Below are positions 52,799-64,000 of a stretch of DNA of 64,000 nucleotides, one piece after another; positions within the stretch are counted from its first letter, which is position 1, and the number at the start of each line of letters is the position of its first letter. Under the pieces are notes generated by a model. That model worked only from the letters and a program-made list of their open reading frames with translations, did no database searches and was not told where the DNA came from. Both the position numbers and the translations under genes were made by a program. Source of the stretch: Macrostomum hystrix (taxonomy: Eukaryota; Animalia; Platyhelminthes). Location: NCBI GenBank assembly GCA_950097015.1, contig CATNEN010000001.1:9672001-9736000 (forward strand). The letters run 5' to 3'.

Positions 52799-54049
52799 AG
52801 GCAGAGTTGTATGCGTGTCTCTGTTACTGATTTAGATGTAACAAATCAAAGCAAAAATTAATATATTCTTAACTATTTTTGTAAGTTGACTCTGACATAT
52901 CTCCTATTTCGCTTGACGACTTGATTTATTAAATTTTTTAGTTTTTTACGCACAATAACGACACTTAGACAGTATTTTCATATGGATGTATGAATGTACA
53001 TTCAGCGTTAAACAACCCCAAAACATCAACCCGAATCAATGTATATTTGCTTGCAACCGCCCCAAAAAACTCTATCCCAAGCAATGTACATTCACCCCGC
53101 AACCGCCCCAATAAAACCGCCCCATATCGGCTATAAACTCTACCCTAGTGTACATTCACCCCGCAACCGCCTCAATAAAACTCTATCCCCAGTGTACATG
53201 CCCTCTGCAACCGCCCCAATAAACTCTAACCCAGCAATCTACTCATACAATCGTGTGCATTAAACTCAATAATTAAATATATTTTTCAATTCTTATTTTT
53301 CGTTTTTTCGAAAATATTTTACTAGCCTCACGTTTTCTTGACTCTAAACGATTTATTGCCGTGTTTAACGAATAAACAATTCAACAAGTTGACAACCGTT
53401 TTTTGCGTTCCATTTTAAAACCCAGATGCAGAAGGTAGTTTAATTGCATTTCTCTTGTCTCTTTGATCCTCTTATGTCTTAGAATATAATTAGATAATTA
53501 GATATTCACTTAGAATTCCCTTTCTTTATCCATCTAAGTGTATTCAGTTTCCAGTAAGTTAATTGTATATTTTATTTATTCTAGTAATAAGTTTTTCTGT
53601 TCTGACTCAAAGTGAAGTGCTTCTTTGGTTTATCACTGCTCTGATTAAAATTATTCTTTGACAGCTTTGCATTATTCTGAGTTTACATCGAGCGCTATTA
53701 TTCACTTTCTATTAACTTTCGCACGTTGTTCCTACATTAATTAAAATCATTTTTTTAAAACGTGAAAGAAATATCCCTGTTATTGACAGGAAAATGATTT
53801 GGCAGCCAAGATGACTGTCTTTGATTGCTTGTTACATTTTACTATCTAATATCTGCCATGGTGTAACAGTTATTAATTTCCACTTCAGAATATTTGATTC
53901 AGAATGTTTTTTATTGCCATATTGAATATATATTGCCATTAGGACAACTTTTGCTAATAATTTTCTATGTTTAACTATCATTTTTTAAGAAAACGATTCA
54001 TTATAATATTTAATTGCAATATTTGATTGTCTTTTCCTGGAATTGTGTA

Positions 54050-54763
54050 TTAGAGGATTTCTCGTCAAAGATGGCTATCAAATGATTTCTTGTCGAAATC
54101 GGCTATCAAAGAATTTCTTGTCGAAATCGGCTCTCAATCTTGTCGAAATCGGCTATCAAAGGATTTCTCGTCGAAATCGGCTATCAAAGCGATTTCTTGT
54201 CGAAATCGGCTATCAAGGATATCTCGTTGATATCGGCTATTAAAGGATTTCTTGTCGAAATCGACTATTAAGGATATCTCGTTGATATCGGCTATTAAAG
54301 GATTTCTTGTCGAAATCGACTATTAAGGATATCTCGTTGATATCGGCTATTAAAGGATTTCTTGTCGAAATCGACTATTAAGGATATCTCGTTGATATCG
54401 GCTATTAAAGGATTTCTTGTCGAAATCGGCTATTAAGGATATCTCGTTGATATCGGCTATTAAAGGATTTCTTGTCGAAATCGGCTATTAAGGATATCTC
54501 GTTGATATATGGGCTATTAAAGGATTTCTTGTCGAAATCAGCTATTAAGGATTTCTTGTTGATATCGGCTATTAAAGGATTTCTTGTCGAAATCGGCTAT
54601 TAAGGATATCTCGTTGATATCGGCTATTAAAGGATTTCTTGTCGAAATCGACTATTAAGGATATCTCGTTGATATCGGCTATTAAAGGATTTCTTGTCGA
54701 AATCGACTATTAAGGATATCTCGTTGATATCGGCTATTAAAGGATTTCTTGTCGAAATCGGCT
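54050..54763. repeat. 27/28-bp alternating (55-bp dimer) hairpin minisatellite
   Basis: GGATTTCTTGTCGAAATCGGCTATTAA alternating with GGATATCTCGTTGATATCGGCTATTAAA. Confidence 0.94.
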
Positions 54764-54904
54764 AGTAATCCAGCATATAAAAAACTTCGGTCCTACTTTC
54801 CTGTATTGTTACCAAAGTTCATATAATGTTTACTGTCTGCTATAATGGGCCCTTATTTTTTTTTTGGCTTTGAAATCCCAGCTTCAAAATATTTTTATGA
54901 TGGA

Positions 54905-55353
54905 TGTTGTGGTTCACCTACATGTGCAGGTAAGCTGCGACTCCCCAGGTCCCCAGAAAAGCGCCGCTCGACCCGCGTCCGGAGGAATGACAGAGAGAAA
55001 CAACAGACTCACAGTATCTCGGCTGATGCAACATTTAGTAGCCGGTCGGTTTTATTTGCACTAAAATAGACAGTCTCGTAATAGGTGGGCAGACGAGGTT
55101 AGCAGGGTCTAATTAACTGGGCACAACTATATAGCTAGGTTGGCACCACAGAACTCCAGGCTTTAACGACAAAACAAACAGGGGGTGGGGTAAGAGTGGG
55201 GTAAGGCGGGTGAGATGTACATTCAACAATTAGGGGTAGGCTGGGCGATCGATACATATGAACTGGGGTGGGGGGCACGCTAGCCGACTGGCGGGGCAGG
55301 GAATGAGAAAGAGATAAAAATGATAGGGCAGAGGTGAGGGCTGCGTTACGACA
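54905..55353 (-). mobile_element. Probable solo LTR (about 450 bp)
   Basis: TGTTGT..ACGACA inverted termini; on the minus strand a TATATA box followed by AATAAA; GC-richer than its flanks. TSD imperfect (atgga/atgat). Confidence 0.5.
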
Positions 55354-55538
55354 ATGATCTCTGTTTCCTTAAAAAACACCAAAAGGGATTAACAAAATCA
55401 GTGTCGTCAGCGTCAGCCTTTGTCGATTGGGAATTTTAACTTGCACAAAATAAGCTTTCTTTAAGAATTATGACGCCCGCACAGCTCTAGCCATAATAAA
55501 AAATAGCCAAGCGGACAAGTATTTCAATCAAAGTTCTG

Positions 55539-55990
55539 GAAATGTCAATAAGAAATGTCAGGTTTTGTAACTGTCAATAAGAAATGTCAGGTTTTGTAAC
55601 TGTCAATAAGAAATGTCAGGTTTTGTAACTGTCAATAAGAAATGTCAGGTTTTGTAACTGTCAATAAGAAATGTCAGATTTTTGTAACAGTCAGTTAGAA
55701 ATTTCTGGTTTTGTAACAGTCAGTAAGAAATATCAAGTTTTTGTCGCAGTCAGTAAGAAGTTTCTGGTTTTCATACTGTCAGTAAGAACTGTCAGCTTTT
55801 CAAACTGTCAGTAAGCAGTCTAGTTTTTGAGTTGTCAGTAAGCAATGTCAGGTATTCGAGTTGTCAGCAAGCAATGTCAGTTATTCGAGTTGTCAGTAAG
55901 CAATGTCAGTTATTCGAGTTGTCAGTAAGCAATGTAAGGTATTCGAGTTGTCAGCAAGCAATGTCAGGTTTGTAATTGTCAGTAAGAAAT
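55539..55990. repeat. 29-30-bp minisatellite GTCAATAAGAAATGTCAGGTTTTGTAACT with drifting variants
   Basis: Tandem units. Confidence 0.88.
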
Positions 55991-56480
55991 CTGCTAACAG
56001 TCATGAACAAGCAAGTTTTGCAAAGCAACCCTGAATCCAAATTAGTTTCTGTCTGAGCCAATGAGAACACAGAAAGGACATTGTTACTTGTCGTATAAGA
56101 TTGGACGCTGAGAAAAAGCATTCGCGGTTAGTATTTAAATGCATTTGAGAAATCTAGCTTCACGCTCACTTTTAATTCATCCTTTGTCTCTGTCTTTCTG
56201 TATGCAGCTTTCAATGCCTGCTTTTGCTTCATGAAAGCTAGTTAATAAGCATTATAATTTTCACGATTCTCCTTAAATAGGTGAGTCAATTTAATTTCAT
56301 AGTGAGCAGCTGCTCCCATTTAATTGATCTATCGTAAGTCCCGCTTTTTTAACAGAAATTATGAATAATAATTTGGTTTCTTGTAGGTTGATTGAAATTT
56401 AAGTGCAGCACTTGATTCTAACCCGGTAATTTGGGGAGTTTTTTATTTAGGTTTTAATTAGACGGAGAAAATTAGTCTAC

Positions 56481-57845
56481 ATGTGATAGAGTGGGTGGAG
56501 ATGTGATAGAGTGGGTGGAGATGTGATAGAGTGGGTGGAGATGTGATAGAGTGGGTGGAGATGTGATAGAGTGGGTGGAGATGTGATAGAGTGGGTGGAG
56601 ATGTGATAGAGTGGGTGGAGATGTGATAAAGTGGGTGGAGATGTGATAGAGTGGGTGGAGATGTGATAGAGTGGGTGAAGATGTGATAGAGTGGGTGGAG
56701 ATGTGATAGAGTGGGTGAAGATGTGATAGAGTGGGTGGAGATGTGATAGAGTGGGTGGAGATGTGATAGAGTGGGTGGAGATGTGATAAAGTGGGTGGAG
56801 ATGTGATAGAGTGGGTGGAGATGTGATAGAGTGGGTGGAGATGTGATAGAGTGGGTGGAGAAATGATAGAGTGGGTGGAGATGTGATAGAGTGGGTGGAG
56901 AAATGATAGAGTGGGTGGAGATGTGATAGAGTGGGTGGAGATGTGATAAAGTGGGTGGAGATGTGATAGAGTGGGTGGAGAAATGATAGAGTGGGTGGAG
57001 ATGTGATAGAGTGGGTGGAGATGTGATAGAGTGGGTGGAGATGTGATAGAGTGGGTGGAGATGTGATAAAGTGGGTGGAGATGTGATAGAGTGGGTGGAG
57101 ATGTGATAGAGTGGGTGGAGATGTGATAGAGTGGGTGGAGATGTGATAGAGTGGGTGGAGATGTGATAGAGTGGGTGGAGATGTGATAGAGTGGGTGGAG
57201 ATGTGATAAAGTGGGTGGAGATGTGATAGAGTGGGTGGAGAAATGATAGAGTGGGTGGAGATGTGATAGAGTGGGTGGAGATGTGATAGAGTGGGTGGAG
57301 ATGTGATAGAGTGGGTGGAGATGTGATAGAGTGGGTGGAGATGTGATAGAGTGGGTGGAGATGTGATAGAGTGGGTGGAGATGTGATAGAGTGGGTGAAG
57401 ATGTGATAAAGTGGGTGGAGATGTGATAGAGTGGGTGGAGATGTGATAGAGTGGGTGGAGATGTGATAAAGTGGGTGGAGATGTGATAGAGTGGGTGGAG
57501 ATGTGATAGAGTGGGTGGAGATGTGATAGAGTGGGTGGAGATGTGATAGAGTGGGTGGAGATGTGATAGAGTGGGTGGAGATGTGATAGAGTGGGTGGAG
57601 ATGTGATAGAGTGGGTGAAGATGTGATAGAGTGGGTGGAGATGTGATAGAGTGGGTGGAGATGTGATAGAGTAGGTGGAGATGTGATAGAGTGGGTGGAG
57701 ATGTGATAGAGTAGGTGGAGATGTGATAGAGTAGGTGGAGATGTTATAGAGTGGGTGGAGATGTGATAAAGTCGGTGGAGATGTGATAAAGTGGGTGGAG
57801 ATGTGATAGAGTGGGTGGAGATGTGATAGAGTGGGTGGAGATATG
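56481..57845. repeat. 20-bp minisatellite ATGTGATAGAGTGGGTGGAG
   Basis: Highly homogeneous tandem units. Confidence 0.97.
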
Positions 57846-57972
57846 TGGGGTGGGTGAGTTACAAGCACTTAGACATGCCATGGAAAATCAGTATTAAAGC
57901 CATCAGCAGCGCCCGTCAAATCCACCAGCAATCGCCAGCAAAATCCGTGACTTCTCAATCGCCAACCAGACG

Positions 57973-60915
57973 ATGGAGTCGGCTCCTGTTCGATCGTCGG
58001 TCGCGTCAGCCCAGGCCGCAGCGCTAGACGATCTTCGTCACCTACTCGGCTTCGATCTGTCCAACGCGATGTCGGTCCACATGACAGCTCGCCGAATCAG
58101 CTTCGTGTTTGTCGGCGTCTGCGGCCTGCTGGCTATCGCAGCCGGGGTGCCATCGAATCTGGCCGCCCTGATGGTTCTGTGTCGGCAGGCCCGTATGCGG
58201 TACAATACCAGGTTTTATCTGTGCGCCCTGTCTGTCAACAATGTCCTGGTACTGATAACCGCCATTGTGCCCTGCGTGAAGGACGCCATGCCCAATCTGG
58301 ACAATTTGGACCACGTGGTCTGGGCCAACTGGCCCATGCTGCCCTATGTCTACATCAACAGCCACGCGCTCTGCCTGACCATTCAGGTTTGGACTATTTT
58401 GTCATTATAGCACAACTTATCTCGTTTCCAAGAAACTATAAGTATTTATTTCCTGGTAAACCATCTTTTTGCTCACGAAATCACTTTAGTTTCTTAGAAA
58501 CCAATTCGTATTCCTGGACGGCTTCTAAGAATTCAAAATTATTTCGTGATCTCTTTCTAGGAAATCGCACCGTTTTCTAAAAATCTGTATCTTTTCTAAG
58601 AAACTGTCTCTTTCAAAGAAATCGCACCCCTTTCTAGGAAATCGCAATTCTTTCTAAGAAATCGCAACTCTTTCTAAGAAATTGCATATCTTTCTAAGAA
58701 TTCAATTTCTATAGTAAAAAACTTTTAGTTAAGATAATAATTCCATTTTAAAAGAAATATGTAGCATTTACATTTTCTAAAAACTGTTTTTGTAACTGGT
58801 AGTTTTCAAGATAGTTTTTCCAACACAAAAGACTGACTTGTTTCCAAGAAAGCGCTTCCCCGTTCAGATACTGCAATTTTCTTTAAAAAAATCTGTAAAA
58901 TATAACACATTTTAAAAGAAATCACACTTCATTCTTTTCAACCTACAATTCATCGTGAATATCTATGAATTTTAGTGGGCGTTAAACCTGTTCGTTTTCC
59001 ATCCGAACACGTGATGCTTGTTGCCCTAACGAGGGACTGGAAATTGATGAATTGATTGACTAATTTACCGGAAATCAACGACCCTATCATTAATTTCTTG
59101 TCTGTCTGTCTCCGCTGGAAAGAAAGTATTGTTGAGACCTTACAGACGAAACTGACTGTAGCAGTCGAGAACAAGTGATGGGCAGACCTAGTTCAACTGA
59201 ACGGAAGTTTAGCCATGTCTCATTCGATACTTCTAGGAAATTATCAGTCTGGGATTTGGGATCTAAATTTTCAAGGCTTTGGCAAGATTCGTTTATTGAT
59301 TATTATTTTTCCTGGAGAGATACAGAAAGGAACAACACCGATGCAATGGGAAATTGAAAGACTTGAAACTTTACCACTGCTCAACTCAGCTGAGATCTCA
59401 AATAGTAGCTTAATCTCCTGACATTTCAAATGGTAGCTTAGTCTCCTGACATCTCAAATGGTAGCTTAGTCTCCTGACATCTCAAATGGTAGCTTAGTCT
59501 CCTGACATCTCAAATGGTAGCTTAGTCTCCTGACATCTCAAATGGTAGCTTAATCTCCTGACATCTCAAATGGTAGCTTAGTCTCCTGACATCTCAAATG
59601 GTAGCTTAGTCTCCTGACATCTCAAATGGTAGCTTAGTCTCCTGACATCTCAAATGGTAGCTTAATCTCGTGATGTCTCAAATGCCAGCCTAATCTCCAG
59701 ATAAATCAAATTAATATTTTATTATCTTTAATCGTAGCTTAATCGTTGTTTATTCAGGTGCTAGTCAATTGGTTGACTGTCTCCCTAGCCACCGATCGGT
59801 ACTTGCTGGTGTTTCGTCCCGATGTCTGCAACCGATTCTGTCGCCGTCGCAGCGCAGGTGTAGTCACAGGCGTCCTGGTTGTGTCGGCCATTGTCTTCTG
59901 TGTGCCTCAGTTCTTCGCCTATCGCGTTGTCAACTTTGAAACCTTCGGCGCCAACATCAGCATCGCCAACGGCAGCTCGAACGGCATTTCACTCCGGGAG
60001 CACCTGCTGAACATGCTGGGCCCCAGAATCAGCTGGTATGATCTAAGCGAGCTGGGCCACATGTGGCAGTTCCGATTCGGCTATCACTTCCTGTTGTGGA
60101 CTTCCATGACCTCGCTGGGCCCGCTAATTTACCTGGGCCTGGTTAATACTAAACTGGTTCGCAGGATGCGTGCCACCACCGAGTATGGCGCCCTGCTGAG
60201 ACGTCCAGCTGGTGCAGGTATCGCCGGTTCCGAGTCTATTATCGTGGGCATCAGCGGCCGCTGCAGCTCCAGCTTCGCCTATCGCGACACGAATCGCATG
60301 CTAGTCGCCATACTGACCTTCTCCATCGCTTGCCACATACCGGCCCTCATTCACCACGTAATCCACGGCTGCATGTCCATAGCCGATCAGGCAAGGCAGG
60401 CGGACCTGTGGATTGTCATCCTTGGCGACATCTCCAACCTGCTGGTGTTGGTGAACTCGGCGGGCGCTGCCCTGCTGTACTACATGTTCAGCAAGCACTT
60501 CCAGGCCGCATTCCGACGCCTCTGCTGCAAAGCGCCCTGCTGCCTTCGCTGCTGCGAACCTGGCGGCGACGTCAATGAAGGCGTCGGTAGGGTGGCGAAT
60601 CAGCCGCGCCGCAGGACTGCGCCGAATCACCTCTGGCGTCTGCAGCATCACCAGCACCAGATGCGCCGGCGTCGCCTCTTGGAGGAGCAGCGAGAGGAAC
60701 AGGAAGCTGAGCAGCTGGCCCAGCAGGAGCAGCAGAATCTGGAACTGCTGCCCGTGTCGTGTCCACCGGCTGGCAGCAATGATACGCCTTCTCCGCAGAC
60801 ATTGTGCGACACCCGAAACAGATATGGTCACCGACGAAACAAAGAAGCTCGAAGGGCGAAAGGAGTTGCTAGCAATTTCATGACTGCAGAGCCACTAGTT
60901 GCTAGCGTCTGCTAG
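57973..60915 (+). CDS. Rhodopsin-class (family A) GPCR of the FMRFamide/peptide-receptor-like type, about 523 aa. Exons 57973-58386 and 59758-60915
   Basis: Seven hydrophobic segments: TM1 GVPSN, TM2 FYLCALSV, TM3 WLTVSLATDRY, TM4 FCVPQFF, TM5 GPLIYLGLVN, TM6 FSIACHIP, TM7 SNLLVLVNSA..LLYYMFSKHF. Phase-0 intron CAG|gtttgg..attcag|GTG. Start codon uncertain. Confidence 0.9.
59395..59700. repeat. 28-bp minisatellite CATCTCAAATGGTAGCTTAGTCTCCTGA (GPCR intron)
   Basis: Direct tandem units. Confidence 0.94.
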
Positions 60916-60934
60916 AATATGCTGTGGTGAGAAG

Positions 60935-61296
60935 CGGCTCATCAAAAAGTCGCGGTTTCAGGGGTTGGCGTCGCATCAAAGAATCGGGTTTTAGGGTGTG
61001 GCGGCACATCAAAGAATCGGGTTGGAGGGATTGGCGGCACATCAAAGAATCGTGGTTTGAGGGGTTGGCGGCACATCAAAGAATCGGTTTTAAGGGGGTG
61101 GCGGCACATCTAAAAATCGGGTTTTAGGGGGTGGCGGCACATCAAAGAATTGGGTTGGAGGGATTGGCGGCACATCAAAGAATCGTGGTTTGAGGGGTTG
61201 GCGGCACATCAAAGAATCGGGTTGGAGGGGTTGGCGGCACATCAAAGAGTCTTGGTTTCAGGGGTTGGCGGCACATCAAATAATCGGGTTTTAGGG
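60935..61296. repeat. About 33-bp minisatellite GGCGGCACATCAAAGAATCGGGTTGGAGGGGTT (GPCR 3' UTR)
   Basis: Direct tandem units. Confidence 0.9.
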
Positions 61297-62694
61297 CGCA
61301 GCGGAACGCCAATGAAGATTTTTTATAAAAAAATATGTAGCTCGTAGAATACTTAATGTGTATGTTTGTGTGTTTGAATATGTGTATTTGTAAATAAACC
61401 TGTGTTTGTGCGTGGTTTCTGCTGTCACAAAAGACACTAAATCAACATCTTTTGTTTTTTAGAAATGGAGTCTTAACCTTTAAACTCCTTAAACCGTTAA
61501 ACCGTTAAGATCCTGGAAATTATTTATTCATCTCTCCTAAATCATTTAATTAGAATAATAAATTATTCCAATTTTTAACTAAATCTTGCTGACTTATTTT
61601 ATGTACAGTCATTTTTGCTTTAAATAATTTGCAAAAAAACATTATACATTAACCTACTGTTTTGTTAATGTCATGTTTGCAATCCATATTGTATTGAGTT
61701 TGCATAATTTGTCTCTTTGATTTGTTGTATTATAAGTAACAAAAAATCGACGTGTGAAATTTTAAAAGCCGTCTCTGATAACGGGAATGTACCGATTTTT
61801 TATAATAATAATAATAAGTTAATATAAGTACATATTAAAAATCAATTTAGTTACAATACTCAAATTTACAGTTTTGCACTTAGATTTCGCACACTATTTT
61901 AGTTCTTGGTCTTTTTCTGTTTTGTACTTATCATGTTTTTGTGAGCACATATGATATCATTCAGTTTTTTTCTAGTAAAGACCGTTATACATCATTGTAT
62001 ATCAGTTTTTATGGACGAATGTTTTTTTATAAATAATCATGGTATCATGCTCGTACATTTTATTAATTGTATAGAATCTTCTAAGTTAATTGAATTATTA
62101 GACAACTCAGAATTTTATTTGATGTAATTTGTTAAACAAGGATCTAAAATAATTATTTTCTTACGAAAAAACAACTTTTGCAAATCCAATCAGTATATTT
62201 TCATTTTTATCTTGGATTTTTCGTAGTTGCAAATAAATCGAAAATCGCGTTATTGGCTATATTTATTTCCGGTTTAAGAAAACAAAAACAAAATGAAAAG
62301 GCCCACAACAATGTTGGGTATTTCTTTAAAAAAGTAAAGTCCAACAAATTCATTCCGTAATATTTTTTAATTCCTTTGAAGTAGCAAACGAAATTGAAGA
62401 AAAATATACCAATTGAACCACGATTCACATCACTGAAAAGTATTAAAAAGTTAAAATTAATATGGCCGGGTAATAGTCCTAAGATAATTTTTACTGAATG
62501 ATTTCCTGACCTGCGTGATTGGTCTGAATCCAATCCTGCCTTTTGAACATGTACCTTTTGTACATGTCTTAGCGCTAAGGGGCACAAGAACAATACTTTA
62601 ATTCATGTGCTCAAATGGTAGCAGAAACATTTTTTACGCATGTCTAGAACTCAAATCGACTTCAATTTAAACAACTTATTCAGTGAGTGAAAAA

Positions 62695-63376
62695 TCAATT
62701 TTCCACATATCCCTCAACGTATTCTCCGTTGAGCTTGTCGAATACAGGAACTGGCGGCACAATGGTCCTAAACCTGTCCTGTGTCACGTGACGTTCCGGT
62801 TGCACCTCCCGGAAGTGCACCGTGCCGTAGGGCAGGTGGCCGTACTCAGAGGCGGTGTGCATCAACGGCTGGTAGGCCTTCTCGCGCAGCGCCTTGGTGG
62901 GCTTGAAGGCCTCGTCGTGCAGCCGACCGGCCCACTCCTCGGCGCGCCACTGCTCGCGGGCTCGCTTCACCGACTCATAGTCTGTGGCCACTCGGAGGCT
63001 GGGATGGAAGTCGCGGTAGCGCTGGGCGCGCACTTCCTCCGGCTGACGGAACGGTCCCTGCGGCTTGGCCGGCAATGGCGGTAGCTTCGACGGTAGGCGA
63101 ACCATCTGGCTCTGGCCGTACTGCCTCCAGCTGGGGTCGAACCCGTGACCTGCCGTGGCAGCCTTCGGAGGCGTCTTTGGCCGAGTGTTCAGCAGCAGCG
63201 ACTCCTCCGGCAGGGTGAACGGCCGGTAGGGGCTGTTGAACACGGATGGCTGCACGACGGTGCTGACGAGGTAGTGATGACGCTCGGCCCATTCGTGCAG
63301 TCGGCGTCGGGTTTCGTCGTCTTCGCGTCTCCGCTGCTCGCGACGCATGGCTTCCTCGTGCTCGGCCAGTTCGCTT
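62695..63376 (-). CDS. Terminal coding exon of an unidentified protein (about 226 aa); upstream exons not resolved
   Basis: GC-rich non-repetitive ORF with coding-like third positions. Acceptor ttatttag at 63377; AT-rich 3' flank. No family recognised. Confidence 0.7.
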
Positions 63377-63577
63377 CTAAATAACGGTCGGGGGTTCGAT
63401 TTCTGAAGCTTTTGTCTAGCTTAAAGAAAGAAGCATAGACTTCTGACAATGATTGGTAGGAATAACTTCATTTTAGAGTTGAACTGTATTTTTTCATTAG
63501 CAAATCTTTGATTCTACAAGCATAGTTGAATAGTCCCTGTTACAATTTCACCTCGAGATAAAGCTGGTGCAGTTTGG

Positions 63578-63937
63578 TTAATAATAATAATAATTGCAGC
63601 AGGGCTGTGTACAATGGCACATCATTTGGTGACACTAGACCCGCAGTCAGCGAGAAGGCAATTCTGCCCAATTCGTTGACTCCTGAGCACACACGCACAC
63701 GAATACCGTGCGCAGGCACACGCTCACACAGGTGTGTACATCTGTCCTGACTTTCTCATCGTCAGGCAGTGAGCACTCTCACTGTGCCTTGGCGGTTGGC
63801 CCTTAAGGGCGTAAATTGCACGACAAACCTCCAAGCCTTCTCTCCGCGGCTGCGTCCCAAATAAATGTGGCCTCGCCGCGGAATCGAGCTCAGGGACCTT
63901 GGTGCGAGAGGCAAAAGCGTTTACTGCTCTGCCACTC
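63578..63937 (-). mobile_element. SINE family 1, full length
   Basis: On the minus strand: A-box-like gtggcagagcagtaa, B-box-like gagctcgattcc, shared body and (TTA)n tail. Confidence 0.85.
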
Positions 63938-64000
63938 ACCTCCTTACAGTTGGATAAGGATTCAGAACACTAACCGCTTGGCAACATCAACCTGTGATGG

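Noticed and set aside
63940-63991. Upstream coding exon of the last gene (AG|gtgagt donor)
   Set aside because: From the best acceptor the required frame hits TGA immediately, and the donor overlaps the SINE1 5' end. Unresolved at the window edge.

Overview
Eukaryotic (animal) genomic DNA: GT-AG introns, tRNA-derived SINEs and about 32 tandem-repeat arrays covering roughly 40% of the window (hand estimate, about 25 kb). The minisatellite load and GC-rich exons in AT-rich introns resemble a free-living flatworm such as Macrostomum; this is inference only. Spliced genes rebuilt by hand. Minus strand: an APCDD1-like Wnt-inhibitor gene (three coding exons over 18 kb, continuing past base 1), two tandem copies of a membrane-anchored JmjC/cupin gene, V-ATPase subunit D, and the last exon of an unidentified gene. 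Plus strand: NAD kinase with two candidate alternative first coding exons, and an atypical rhodopsin-class peptide-receptor-like GPCR. Mobile DNA: two SINE families (one CORE-like), a 2.5-kb non-autonomous EnSpm/CACTA-type element carrying a DUF4806-like exon, two possible solo LTRs and a possible MITE. Most long ORFs in the track are translations of minisatellites. Best leads: (1) a JmjC duplicate pair that is nearly identical except for two dense blocks of amino-acid change in the catalytic domain; (2) locus-specific minisatellites sitting next to exon boundaries, several made of tandem 5' splice-site motifs and one derived from a SINE promoter head; (3) alternative NADK N-termini; (4) a GPCR lacking the D2.50 and NPxxY residues. 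No database searches were run; family calls come from recalled motifs.
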